Shown: positions 10,166-19,404 of the stretch, in pieces
Layout: each line of letters begins with the position of its first letter
Position numbering within the stretch: the first letter of the stretch is position 1
NCBI GenBank assembly: GCA_021773335.1
Contig: JAJFKG010000053.1
Coordinates: 13,189 to 77,188 of the forward strand
DNA length: 64,000 bases
DNA from: Gammaproteobacteria bacterium
GTDB taxonomy: Bacteria; Pseudomonadota; Gammaproteobacteria; JAJFKG01
Direction: 5' to 3'
The notes under the pieces: model-generated
What the model was told of the DNA's origin: nothing
Databases searched by the model: none
Seen by the model: only the letters and a program-made list of their open reading frames with translations
Position numbers and translations under genes: made by a program

Positions 10166-10172
10166 TTTCGAC

Positions 10173-11330
10173 ATGCTTTCTCGACAATTAACATTGCCCA
10201 AAAATCGCAATTTTTTCTTATTCGGAGCCAGAAACACGGGCAAAAGCACCCTCATAGAACGGTATTTCCCTAAATCGCAGAACCTTTGGATCGACTTACT
10301 CGATCCCAGGTTAGAAGCACGCTTTACGCAAAACCCAGCAGAACTCTACGAAATTATCACCAGCCTGCCTGACGATAAAACCCATGTGATTATCGATGAA
10401 ATTCAAAAAGTGCCGAAGCTATTAGACGTCGTGCATAGCTTAATGAAGGATAAAACTCGCCAGTTTGTTTTAACGGGTTCTAGCGCGAGAAAACTCAAAG
10501 CTGGCGGCGCGAACTTATTGGCAGGGAGAGCATTCGTCTATCACCTCTATCCCTTTACTCATACCGAACTTGGCGAACAATTTAATTTACAAGTTGCGTT
10601 AAATTGGGGAACCTTACCTGAAATCGCTGCCTTTGACTCAGCCTATGACCGTGTCGAGTTTCTTAATGCTTATGCGCGCACTTACCTCAAAGAAGAAATT
10701 TGGGAAGAAGGTTTTATTCGTGATTTGGCACCTTTTCGGCGCTTTTTGGAAGTTGCCGCCCAGATGAATGGTAAAATCATTAATTTTTCGAAGATTGCTC
10801 ACACCACTGGCATTAATGATAAAACCGTCAAAACCTATTTCTCTATTTTAGAGGACACCTTAATTGGGTTTTACCTAGATGCGCACCATAACTCTGTGCG
10901 TAAACAAGTCAGTCAAAAACCAAAATTTTATTTTTTCGATACTGGCGTGGCTAGAGCTTTAGCCAATCAACTGGATGTACCACTCACTGCAGGGACACAT
11001 GCTTATGGCAATGCGTTTGAGCACTTTATTATTACTGAGTGTCTGCGTATCGCTTCTTACCAGCGTTTAAATTATAAGTTTAGTTACATTCGTACACGTA
11101 ACGACGTTGAGGTAGACCTTGTCATTGAACGCCCCAATAAAACTACGATCTATTTGGAAATTAAAAGCAGCGATGTGGTTGACAGTGGCATGTTGACAAA
11201 TTTTATCAATTTAACGAAACACATTGATAATACTGAAGCAATTTGTTTGTCGAATGATCCTTTCTCGAAAAAAATTGCCCATATTACTACCATGCATTGG
11301 CGGGAAGCATTACAATACATTTTTTATTAA
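10173..11330 (+). CDS. AAA+ superfamily ATPase (COG1373 / DUF4143-type)
   Basis: It has an N-terminal P-loop GARNTGKSTL, a Walker B-like VIIDEIQ, and a C-terminal DUF4143-like region. Confidence 0.7.
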   Translation: MLSRQLTLPKNRNFFLFGARNTGKSTLIERYFPKSQNLWIDLLDPRLEARFTQNPAELYEIITSLPDDKTHVIIDEIQKVPKLLDVVHSLMKDKTRQFVLTGSSARKLKAGGANLLAGRAFVYHLYPFTHTELGEQFNLQVALNWGTLPEIAAFDSAYDRVEFLNAYARTYLKEEIWEEGFIRDLAPFRRFLEVAAQMNGKIINFSKIAHTTGINDKTVKTYFSILEDTLIGFYLDAHHNSVRKQVSQKPKFYFFDTGVARALANQLDVPLTAGTHAYGNAFEHFIITECLRIASYQRLNYKFSYIRTRNDVEVDLVIERPNKTTIYLEIKSSDVVDSGMLTNFINLTKHIDNTEAICLSNDPFSKKIAHITTMHWREALQYIFY

Positions 11331-11359
11331 ACGGGTATTAAGCAGGGAAGTGCTCAACA

Positions 11360-12325
11360 ATGCTGTTCTTTTCACTCGCGGCCTTACTCTTCGGTGCCAT
11401 CATGTTGATGTGGAGTGCCGATAAATTCGTCGTTTCTTCAGCGGTGATTGCTGATCATTATAAAGTGCCGGCTTTGTTAATCGGTATAGTGATCGTTGGC
11501 TTTGGCACATCAGCACCAGAGTTGATCGTATCGGCGATGGCAGCGTTGCAAAACAATTCGGCCATTGCATTGGGTAATGCCTTTGGTTCCAACATTATCA
11601 ATATCGGCTTGGTACTCGGGGTGACAGCGCTTATTCGCCCCATCTCTGTGCATTCTAAGATTATCCGCAAAGAATTGCCGGTCTTGATTGTGGTCACGGC
11701 ATTAGCTATCGCGTTTGTTTTGGATTATCAAATCACGCGTTTGGAAAGCGTGACACTGTTGGCTTGCTTCTTCGGTTTGCTCGGGTGGAATATTCGTCAA
11801 GGTTTCCGCTATCGTAGCGACGCTTTAATTCCACAAATATCACAAGAGTTGCGTCAGCAGCAGCTTTCACATAAGCGTGCGCTTTGGGGGCTGCTTATTG
11901 GGTTAGTATTATTGCTAGTGAGTTCACGAATCCTATTGTGGGGTGCGCTCAATATCGCACAGTACTTTGGTATGAGTGATTTAATCGTCGGCTTAACGGT
12001 GATCGCGATTGGTACTTCATTACCGGAATTGGCCGCCTCGAGTGTTGCGGCCATGCGTGGTGAATTTGATATTGCGATTGGTAATATTATCGGCGCGAAT
12101 TTATTTAATACCTTATGCGTTGTCAGTATTGCCGGTTTAATTGCACCGATCAAAACCGAGCCCAGCATCCTCTATCGCGACAGTATTGTTATGAGCGGTT
12201 TAACATTGGCACTGTTTCTATTTAGTTTTGGCCTGCGTGGCCGAGGCAAGATCAACCGCCTCGAGGGCGGGATCTTGCTGTGTATTTATTTGGGCTATAT
12301 GGTTTTTCTGGTCGTGTCTTCATAA
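11360..12325 (+). CDS. CaCA-family cation/Ca2+ exchanger (YrbG-like Na+/Ca2+ antiporter)
   Basis: It has two alpha-repeat signatures, GTSAPEL and GTSLPEL, in a polytopic 321-aa protein. Confidence 0.8.
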   Translation: MLFFSLAALLFGAIMLMWSADKFVVSSAVIADHYKVPALLIGIVIVGFGTSAPELIVSAMAALQNNSAIALGNAFGSNIINIGLVLGVTALIRPISVHSKIIRKELPVLIVVTALAIAFVLDYQITRLESVTLLACFFGLLGWNIRQGFRYRSDALIPQISQELRQQQLSHKRALWGLLIGLVLLLVSSRILLWGALNIAQYFGMSDLIVGLTVIAIGTSLPELAASSVAAMRGEFDIAIGNIIGANLFNTLCVVSIAGLIAPIKTEPSILYRDSIVMSGLTLALFLFSFGLRGRGKINRLEGGILLCIYLGYMVFLVVSS

Positions 12326-12949
12326 AACACGCCAAATACCCAATACAGCGAAGCCCAATAAAATTAAACCACCGGCCATATTGAGATAATGCATGGTTTT
12401 AGCCGATAAGCGATGGCGGGTATGATGCAAAGTGGCATTAAGCACAATGATCCAAGATGTCGTGCCAATGATAACGCCAATAATTGCAAGATAACTTGAA
12501 CCCGTCCCCGCGTGGGCAACATTCGCGATTTGCGTACTCACCGACGACCAAAACAAAATGGTATAGGGGTTGACGAGTGTCATTAACAAACCTTCGCTTA
12601 CGTGTCGCCACCATGCATAGGTTGTTTGCAATGCTGTGGTATTATCTGCGCCAGTTTCAATATTGTTAACCTTGGTCTTGGTACGTAATGCCATGATCCC
12701 AAACCATGCCAATACAAACGAGCCCAAGACGGTCACAATATCGAGCACTATAGGGTGGGTGAGTATGATCAATGCCCCCATGGACAACAATACAATATAA
12801 ATTAAATCAGCACTACAGGCACCCAAGCCTAGCGCTAAACCATAAGGTGTGCCAAAACGTAGGTTGCGGCGTACAATTTCGAGATTCATTGGCCCAATTG
12901 GGATTGCAGCACCCCAACCAAGTAATATACCCAAAAAAAATGTATGCAT
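12320..12949 (-). CDS. LysE/RhtB-family amino-acid exporter
   Basis: The 209-aa protein has 6 TM segments. The N-terminal GWGAAIPIGPMNLEIVRRNL is typical of LysE-type translocators. Confidence 0.8.
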   Translation of the reverse strand: MHTFFLGILLGWGAAIPIGPMNLEIVRRNLRFGTPYGLALGLGACSADLIYIVLLSMGALIILTHPIVLDIVTVLGSFVLAWFGIMALRTKTKVNNIETGADNTTALQTTYAWWRHVSEGLLMTLVNPYTILFWSSVSTQIANVAHAGTGSSYLAIIGVIIGTTSWIIVLNATLHHTRHRLSAKTMHYLNMAGGLILLGFAVLGIWRVL

Positions 12950-12970
12950 TATAAGGTCTCTAAGTTAAGC

Positions 12971-13125
12971 TCATATGTAGCCTTGATAAGCGCCAGCGGC
13001 GCGCATCAAGGAAATGTATTAGCAAACCTTGCTCCTTGATGCGCCCCTACGGGGCTTATCAAGGCTACGGCTACTGCGTCAAGCTCAGATGTAGCCCGGA
13101 TAAGTTGCGCAGCAACGTCATCCGG
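12971..13125. repeat. REP/BIME-like mosaic, family 1
   Basis: Contains the GTAGCCTTGATAAGCGC..GCGCATCAAGG unit and its inverted partner, plus the CTACTGCGTCAAGCTCAGATGTAG and CCCGGATAAGTTGCGCAGCAACGTCATCCGGG units. Confidence 0.65.
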
Positions 13126-13206
13126 GAAAAGTACGCCGAGTATACCCCAAACTCAAAACTAAGGTTATAATGCTAGCCAAATTGGCTGCCACTAAGAGAG
13201 AACCCT

Positions 13207-13974
13207 ATGTCCCTAAAAAACCAACTTGTCCTCATTACCGGCGCCTCTAGCGGCATCGGTGCAGCCTGTGCCCAGCATTTTGCGGAGCAGGGCGCGCGTT
13301 TAATCCTCGTCGCACGTAGTCTCGATAAGCTGAATGCCATCGCCGATAAGCTCAACACCCAGCACAATACCGATTGCCACGTGCTACAACTTGATGTCAG
13401 TGATGCTGCCGCAGTTGAAGAAGCATTAACAAATTTACCTGCCGATTATCAAGCCATCGATATCTTGATTAACAATGCAGGTTTGGCACAAGGCTTGGAT
13501 AAGGTCTACGAGGCCGACATCAATGATTGGGATACCATGATCGATGTCAACATCAAAGGGTTACTATACGTCACACGCATTGTCAGCGCTGGCATGATGG
13601 AACGCAACACTGGACATATTATCAATGTGGGATCGATTTCAGCGCATCAAGTGTATGCCGGAGGCGGGGTGTATTGTGCAACAAAGTTTGCGGTTAAAGC
13701 ACTGACTCGCGGTATTAAAATGGATGTGCATGGCACACCAATCCGCGTTAGCCAAGTTGACCCCGGTATGGCAAATACTAACTACGCTGTGACGCGATTC
13801 AAAGGTGATCAAGAAACCGCTGACGCTATCTATGCCGGCATGACACCGTTAACTGGCGATGATGTTGCCGAAACTGTGGTGTTTTGCGCTTCACGCCCAG
13901 CGCATGTCAATATCTCGGAAATCCAAGTCTTGCCGGTCGACCAGACGGCACAGCATATGGTGCATAAGGTGTAG
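13207..13974 (+). CDS. SDR-family NADP-dependent oxidoreductase (YdfG / serine 3-dehydrogenase-like)
   Basis: It has the TGASSGIG cofactor motif, NNAG, and the YxxxK catalytic pair (YCATK). Confidence 0.85.
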   Translation: MSLKNQLVLITGASSGIGAACAQHFAEQGARLILVARSLDKLNAIADKLNTQHNTDCHVLQLDVSDAAAVEEALTNLPADYQAIDILINNAGLAQGLDKVYEADINDWDTMIDVNIKGLLYVTRIVSAGMMERNTGHIINVGSISAHQVYAGGGVYCATKFAVKALTRGIKMDVHGTPIRVSQVDPGMANTNYAVTRFKGDQETADAIYAGMTPLTGDDVAETVVFCASRPAHVNISEIQVLPVDQTAQHMVHKV

Positions 13975-14089
13975 TGTAGAAGGCGCATCCAATATGTGTT
14001 CTTAGGCCCTAACTAGTTTAATCGACAAGCGATAGCCAAGTGCATACGCGTATTTTTTCAATGTCGCTAGTGATGGCGAGGGCTTATGG

Positions 14090-14695
14090 TTAGTCTCGTA
14101 CAATTTCCTCTAACCGCTGCTCAATCAAAGCACGGCGTCCAGAGTGACGAATAGCATCTAGCCATGGCTTAAAGAGTTTATGGTCAAAGGCTTGAGGTAT
14201 TTCTAATTCAGTGAATTTTTTGAATAAACGTGACTTTACTGGGATCAGATATAAGCAGTCAAATAAAGCTTTTTCGGGGCATGCCAATAAAATAGAATCT
14301 TTGCCATAACTATCATAGCCATTAAATAAGGCACTACTAATGTGATGAATAGACACTGGCGCTATTGGTGTATTAAACACTTTTGTTTTGCCAATAGAGA
14401 CTGCATAAACAGTCGTGGGTATTTGTTCGATCACGCCATGATAATACAAGGCAGTATAAAGTGAAACGTAAGACATCATTGGATAGCTTAGTATGCTGGG
14501 TAATGTTAGTGGATCAATCTCGCGTGAATAAGCCCAGCGTCCACGCACCAAGCGTACAATTGTGTTGTGTTTTTCTAGTTGTGAGAGCAACTTGGCTGCT
14601 TGATTACTCGTGATGCTCAATAAACTTGCTGCATCTTTGCTTGAAAAGACCGGTGCTAATGGTTGCAATTCTTGGTAAGCCGTTAGCAAATTCAT
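14090..14695 (-). CDS. AbiEi-like transcriptional regulator/antitoxin-family protein (winged-HTH N-terminus)
   Basis: An N-terminal wHTH-like segment (VFSSKDAASLLSITSNQAAKLLSQLEKHNTIVRLVRGRWAY) is followed by a YVSLYTALYYHGVIEQIP-type domain typical of AbiEi/COG5340 proteins. It overlaps the upstream NTase gene by 4 bp. Confidence 0.5.
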   Translation of the reverse strand: MNLLTAYQELQPLAPVFSSKDAASLLSITSNQAAKLLSQLEKHNTIVRLVRGRWAYSREIDPLTLPSILSYPMMSYVSLYTALYYHGVIEQIPTTVYAVSIGKTKVFNTPIAPVSIHHISSALFNGYDSYGKDSILLACPEKALFDCLYLIPVKSRLFKKFTELEIPQAFDHKLFKPWLDAIRHSGRRALIEQRLEEIVRD

Positions 14696-15447
14696 GACTG
14701 CTGACCATCGAGAAAAGTCATGACTTCATCGAGCATGTTCTGCCACATTTGTTCATCCTTGAAAACGACTTGCTGTTCAAGTTCGAGAAAACTCGCGACT
14801 TGTGAATGATAATCGTCAAAGCTCACGGCCAGCAAGGCGTTTTTCGCTAGCTCTATATGATCGCTATTTAGTTGCAAGTCTGGCACATTGGCAAAATGCA
14901 ACAGTTGATAGATATCAAAAACATCCCTTGCTTGTGTTTCTGTACGTAATGCTAAGGCATCTACTTTTTGGATTAATGCTGCATCGTGCCCATAATGACT
15001 TAGGCGCATAGGTGATAAGCGATACTGTTGACAAACTGTTAGATTAACATTTTCAAATTGACTGTTCAGGTGTGTTTTTCGCCGGGAAAATTCAATTTTT
15101 GTGGGTAAAGGAAGAGTACTATTGTCGAGATGTAATGATACTTTCCAGCGTTGCGTCGTTTGTGTTTGCTTAGGTGTTGTAAAGGTCGTTGATGCGACAC
15201 CGTAAGTCGCGAGCATACTTGCAAGAGGGCGGTCCGATAAAATTTTATTGACCTTGGCCTCGAGTGTTTCCGGGTTAATCGTTTGTATATCGATATCGAG
15301 ATCTTCTGAATAACGGCAACTATTAAAAAAGAAACGCAAATTGCAGCCACCTTTTATAGCATAAAGTTGACTATCAATTTGGCGCTCAAACTGCCGCAAA
15401 AATAACAAATGAAACAGTTCGACTTTGGCTCGTATGGAAAGGTTCAT
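14692..15447 (-). CDS. AbiEii/DUF1814-family nucleotidyltransferase (type IV toxin-antitoxin / abortive-infection toxin family)
   Basis: IKGGCNLRFFFNSCRYSEDLDIDI matches the pol-beta-type NTase core GG..L+..R.SED[IL]D of AbiEii. Confidence 0.55.
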   Translation of the reverse strand: MNLSIRAKVELFHLLFLRQFERQIDSQLYAIKGGCNLRFFFNSCRYSEDLDIDIQTINPETLEAKVNKILSDRPLASMLATYGVASTTFTTPKQTQTTQRWKVSLHLDNSTLPLPTKIEFSRRKTHLNSQFENVNLTVCQQYRLSPMRLSHYGHDAALIQKVDALALRTETQARDVFDIYQLLHFANVPDLQLNSDHIELAKNALLAVSFDDYHSQVASFLELEQQVVFKDEQMWQNMLDEVMTFLDGQQS

Positions 15448-15726
15448 CTTCTATAGTTCCAGTAACTATCTAATAATGGCACTAATTGGAATTATAGAAT
15501 TGTTTGCGCTAAAATGAAAGTGCTTTATAACCTCATGATAATTTAGCAATAAACTTCGGCGTTGCGCCAAACATGGTGATTTTGAGGCTAATTGGCGTTT
15601 TCACCTGATCAAGGAGGAAAAGCGCTAATTTCATTAGGGCCACAGAATGAGGTTCATTCTGAATAGGGGTAGCGACCCCATTCGTGTCAAAATTTACGGT
15701 TCAAGCATCAAACTTTTTCTTTTAAC

Positions 15727-17121
15727 CTAACCAGAACAACAGGATAGTTTTTTAATATCTTTACTGAAAGTCTGTGCGCATAATTTGATAGCTTCTCCCA
15801 TTGTTAAATATGGGAACAACTGATTGGCAAGGTCATTAACCGTCATTCGATGACGAATAGCAAGCGTGGCTGTTTGAATAAACTCGCCACCTTCAGCCGC
15901 AAAAATTTGTGCGCCAATTAAACGCCCCGTTCCTGATTCAACAACCAATTTAACAAACCCACGCGTATCAAAATTGGCAAGTGCCCTTGGTACATTCTCT
16001 AGCGTTAGTATACGGCTATCGGTTTCAATGCCTTTAACATGGGCTTCTTGTTCAGATAACCCAACAGTGGCAATCTGTGGGTCAGTAAAAATAACACTAG
16101 GCACGATAGTAAGGTCTAACGCTTCATCTCCACCCATCATATTGATTGCAGCGCATGTGCCGGCGGCGGCCGCAACATACACTAATTGTGGCATATTACT
16201 GCAATCGCCCGCGGCATAAATATGAGGAATGTTAGTTTGCATATGCTCATTAATTTGAACAGCACCACCTTTTTCTGTCATGACACCAATACCCTCAAGA
16301 TTAAGGTCTTTCGTGTTAGGGATTCGGCCTGTTGCAATGAGCAAGCGATCTGCTGTCACTGTTTCGTTATTATTGGTTTCTATTATGAACTTCTTTCTTT
16401 CAAAAGAAATAGAGTTAGCTTGTGTCTGATTTAGCACGCGTACTCCTTCCTCCTCAAAAATAGCGGTTAACGCTTCTCCTAATAGAGGGTCTTCTCTAAA
16501 TAAAAGTGAACTTCTTGCTAAAATCGTTACCTCTGCGTCTAATCGACGATAAGCTTGAGCTATTTCAACCGCAACAATAGAAGAACCAATAATGGCCAAG
16601 TGTTCCGGTAAGGCTTCTGAAAAAAGTGCTTCTGTGGATGTCCAATAAGGTGTATCAGACAAACCTTCAATGGGTAGGATAGCGGGTTGCGCTCCCGTTG
16701 CAATGAGTATTTTATCGGCTGTTACTTCATGTTCGTTACCATCTCGATCCTTGACTTGTAACGTATGAGCATTAATAAACGTTGCCTGCCCCTTTACAAG
16801 GGTTAATGCGGGATTTTGCTTTAAAATGTTTTCATATTTAGCGCCTCGCAACTCTTCAACACGTTGTTGACGTTGACTTAATAGTCGTTGCCAATCAAGT
16901 ACCAGGTCTTGTTTTTTGATGCCATCAAAGGGGTTATTGCACTGTTGATGAGCAAGTTGCGCGGAGCGAATAAGAATTTTTGAAGGAACACAACCTACGT
17001 TAACACAACATCCGCCAATGACATTAGCTGACTCAATGAGCGTGATTTTCCCACCCCTTTCTGCTGCGTTTATAGCACACGAAAATGCAGCAGACCCACT
17101 ACCGATAATGGCTATTTTCAT
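15727..17121 (-). CDS. merA: Mercuric reductase MerA (core enzyme without N-terminal HMA domain)
   Basis: It has the FAD/NAD disulfide-reductase fold with redox CCVNVGC(VPSK). The MerA-specific C-terminal vicinal cysteines are present (KKLSCCSG at the C-terminus). Its position after merT and merP confirms the call. Confidence 0.85.
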   Translation of the reverse strand: MKIAIIGSGSAAFSCAINAAERGGKITLIESANVIGGCCVNVGCVPSKILIRSAQLAHQQCNNPFDGIKKQDLVLDWQRLLSQRQQRVEELRGAKYENILKQNPALTLVKGQATFINAHTLQVKDRDGNEHEVTADKILIATGAQPAILPIEGLSDTPYWTSTEALFSEALPEHLAIIGSSIVAVEIAQAYRRLDAEVTILARSSLLFREDPLLGEALTAIFEEEGVRVLNQTQANSISFERKKFIIETNNNETVTADRLLIATGRIPNTKDLNLEGIGVMTEKGGAVQINEHMQTNIPHIYAAGDCSNMPQLVYVAAAAGTCAAINMMGGDEALDLTIVPSVIFTDPQIATVGLSEQEAHVKGIETDSRILTLENVPRALANFDTRGFVKLVVESGTGRLIGAQIFAAEGGEFIQTATLAIRHRMTVNDLANQLFPYLTMGEAIKLCAQTFSKDIKKLSCCSG

Positions 17122-17123
17122 AT

Positions 17124-17489
17124 CTACTTAACTCCTTTACTAACATGAGATATTTGCTTCTTGACGGTTGATGGGTATCCCGATTTTTTGGTCGCTTTGG
17201 TCAGTTCAGATACATTGGCTTGTTGAGGATTAAAGATCACCGTTGCTGTTTTTGCATCAAAGTTCACAGAGACTTGGCGCACTCCATTAACGCTTTCCAA
17301 CGCTTTTTTAACCGTAATTGGGCAAACGCGACAGGTCATACCCGGCACCGATAATGTGACGGTCTTTGTCGCCACGTTTTGATGCGTTACAGATGTCACG
17401 TTATGCGGCGCTGTTTCTGCAATAGCCAGCGATGACATGCTTATCATGGCAATGGTCGTAATGAAAAAAAATAGTTTAAACATAATCAT
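17124..17489 (-). CDS. merP: Periplasmic mercury-binding protein MerP (with signal peptide)
   Basis: The HMA motif GMTCRVCPITVKKAL matches MerP GMTCxxCPITV. An N-terminal signal sequence is present. Confidence 0.8.
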   Translation of the reverse strand: MIMFKLFFFITTIAMISMSSLAIAETAPHNVTSVTHQNVATKTVTLSVPGMTCRVCPITVKKALESVNGVRQVSVNFDAKTATVIFNPQQANVSELTKATKKSGYPSTVKKQISHVSKGVK

Positions 17490-17498
17490 ATCCTCTCG

Positions 17499-17849
17499 TT
17501 AGTAAAATAAAAACGCATACCAAGGGAAAGCCAATAATAACAACAATACTATCGTAACAAGCCAAAAAATAATGCGCTGAACTCTTAGCAACCTTGGCTT
17601 TGCACAAGGCTTATCAATGGCGCATCGTTTTGGCGTGATATACAACTTCCAAAATGCGATGCCTAAAAATAATAGTGTAATGAGAATAGCAATTGGCCTT
17701 AAAAATTCCAGGTGGGTTAAGGTACTTGCCCAAGCGCCGCCAATCCCTAGTGCAATAAGCACCAGCGGACCTACACAACACAGTGAGGCGACAACGGCAG
17801 CCACAATGGCGCCGATGAGTGTGTCTTTTCCCCAGTTTGTCTTTTTCAT
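17499..17849 (-). CDS. merT: Mercuric ion transport protein MerT
   Basis: The 116-aa length is canonical for MerT. It has a vicinal CC pair in TM1 (AAVVASLCCVGPLVLIALG) and 3 TM segments. Confidence 0.8.
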   Translation of the reverse strand: MKKTNWGKDTLIGAIVAAVVASLCCVGPLVLIALGIGGAWASTLTHLEFLRPIAILITLLFLGIAFWKLYITPKRCAIDKPCAKPRLLRVQRIIFWLVTIVLLLLLAFPWYAFLFY

Positions 17850-18250
17850 CGCGCTACTCCTTTAGGTGTTAATGAGATAAAAATCGGGCACAATTCATCG
17901 GGTCGGTGCTTTTCACAATCACGTATCAGTTTTTTTACGACCTTTTCCAACTGTTTCAATTCATCAATTTTTTGCAATTTCTGCTGCGCTCTTTGTCTGA
18001 CATCACCACACGATTGTTTAGAAGTGTGATGAATGGATAATAATTCTTGAATTTCTTTGAGTGTAAACCCCATGTGTTTGGCGCGCTGAATAAAAATCAG
18101 TTGATCCACGGTATCTGAGGAATATTGGCGATAGCCATTCTTGGCGCGGGGCGGTTCTTCAATTAAACCGTATCGCTCATAAAGCCGGATTGTATCATTA
18201 GAGACGCCAGCACGTTTTGCGATTTGCCCAATAGTCCACACTGCTGTCAT
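17846..18250 (-). CDS. merR: MerR-family Hg(II)-responsive transcriptional regulator
   Basis: It has an N-terminal MerR HTH (IGQIAKRAGVSNDTIRLYERYGLIE..PRAKNGYRQY) and three Cys at the spacing expected for Hg-binding MerR. Its stop overlaps the merT start, so it is co-directional with merTPA. Confidence 0.85.
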   Translation of the reverse strand: MTAVWTIGQIAKRAGVSNDTIRLYERYGLIEEPPRAKNGYRQYSSDTVDQLIFIQRAKHMGFTLKEIQELLSIHHTSKQSCGDVRQRAQQKLQKIDELKQLEKVVKKLIRDCEKHRPDELCPIFISLTPKGVAR

Positions 18251-18310
18251 AGCTACTCACCTGCAAATAAGTTCATTCAGCTCAATGCCGGGTCGATGTG
18301 CTCTAATGCT

Positions 18311-18544
18311 TTACTGCTCATCACGGCTCTCTCCCAACTGTTGTTGATGCTTAGCTTGCCACTTCTCATAACAGGCTTGTCCACAAAAATGATGCGCATA
18401 ATCCGCGCCTTCCGCTGTGATAGTAGCCGAAGGTGGAATCTCGGCACAGCATTTCTCACAAATGCATTTCTCGCAGCCTGATTTATCTTGATTCTGTTTC
18501 ATGTCTAGCCTCATATTCTTGTTTCCCAATGGAGTATAAACCAT
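18311..18544 (-). CDS. Small Cys-rich TRASH/YHS-domain metal-binding protein (likely start at M11 or M15, 18514 or 18502)
   Basis: CEKCICEKCCAEIPPSATITAEGADYAHHFCGQACYEKW fits the TRASH consensus C-x2-C-x19-22-(Y.FC)-x3-C. A GAGG is 8 nt upstream of the M15 ATG. It lies immediately upstream of merR on the same strand. Confidence 0.5.
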   Translation of the reverse strand: MVYTPLGNKNMRLDMKQNQDKSGCEKCICEKCCAEIPPSATITAEGADYAHHFCGQACYEKWQAKHQQQLGESRDEQ

Positions 18545-18650
18545 GGACTATAGTCTAGGGTTAAATGAGTTTAATAATGGTTTTTTAGATAGAAATGACC
18601 AAAAAATGCCAAAATGGCTATTTAGTTTAGTATGGTATAATGAAGCTCAA

Positions 18651-18890
18651 CTATCGTAGCGTTTCTATTTTTACAGATTTACGTCGCTGTAACCATTTTC
18701 TAAAGGCAATACCCGCCCAGATTAGCTCAACCACGCCAAATGGCCATGCGCCTTGTAAAAAACCATAAATAGAACCAAGTAAACAAGCCCCTGAAAAACT
18801 TAAGACAAACCAATGATTTTTTGCTTCCAGTCCATAAAATGTCAGCATCAATGTAACGGACAGCAGTCCAAATAAAGAGAGTGCGGTCAT
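18651..18890 (-). CDS. Small 2-TM membrane protein, unknown function
   Basis: The 79-aa ORF has two clear hydrophobic helices and a basic C-terminus. Confidence 0.4.
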   Translation of the reverse strand: MTALSLFGLLSVTLMLTFYGLEAKNHWFVLSFSGACLLGSIYGFLQGAWPFGVVELIWAGIAFRKWLQRRKSVKIETLR

Positions 18891-18948
18891 AAAATAATTC
18901 GCTGTCTTTTTTCTGTAACAAGCATCGTGTGTACCTATTAGTGTCTAG

Positions 18949-19359
18949 TTGAAGCGTAGCAATAGCTCTGCGCTTGAAGCTGTGAGTGACAAAGGTAGGA
19001 ATATTCTACACTGGGCTGTTTTGCAGAATCGCAAAGATATTGTAAGTAAGATTTTAACCAGTCACGCGGTACAACCTGGTTTGTTTGAGCAAGTCGATAG
19101 TAGTGGCAATACGTCTTTGTTTATCGCCTTGCAACGAGGTCGTTTTGATATTGCAGAATTGATGTTAAATCATGAGGCATGCACTAAAAAGGCGCTGCCA
19201 GCAATTGCGAGCAAACGTACACAGCTTGTCATAAAACGCACGGCAAGCAGGGCGAACACATCGCTGCTAGCGTTGTTGCAGAAGCACGAATATACCGACC
19301 GTTCAGCAACATCAACACCTCATGCGAGGTTACATTTAGGTGCAGCCTGCAGCAGGTAA
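18949..19359 (+). CDS. Small ankyrin-repeat protein (2 ANK repeats), TTG start
   Basis: Its ANK consensus elements are GRNILHWAVLQNRKDIV and GNTSLFIALQRGRFDIAELML. It is followed by a perfect 16-bp hairpin. Confidence 0.5.
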   Translation: MKRSNSSALEAVSDKGRNILHWAVLQNRKDIVSKILTSHAVQPGLFEQVDSSGNTSLFIALQRGRFDIAELMLNHEACTKKALPAIASKRTQLVIKRTASRANTSLLALLQKHEYTDRSATSTPHARLHLGAACSR

Positions 19360-19368
19360 TATAAACTA

Positions 19369-19404
19369 CAGGCGCTGACAATACTTCCGATAATCTTTAT
19401 TATC
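19369..19404. terminator. Perfect 16-bp stem / 4-nt loop hairpin (CAATACTTCCGATAAT cttt ATTATCGGAAGTATTG) after the ankyrin ORF
   Basis: The inverted repeat was read directly from the sequence. No U-run follows on either strand, so this is a hairpin or possible factor-dependent terminator rather than a classical intrinsic terminator. Confidence 0.4.

Noticed and set aside
15727-17121. Alternative call of the 464-aa flavoprotein as dihydrolipoamide dehydrogenase / generic disulfide reductase
   Set aside because: The C-terminal vicinal Cys pair (LSCCSG), diagnostic for MerA, and the adjacent merT-merP-merR genes argue for mercuric reductase.
18224-18481. Plus-strand ORF 18224..18481 and minus ORF 18277..18459 overlapping the merR 5' end / TRASH gene
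   Set aside because: They conflict with the clearly motif-bearing minus-strand merR and TRASH-domain ORFs. They have no supporting motifs.
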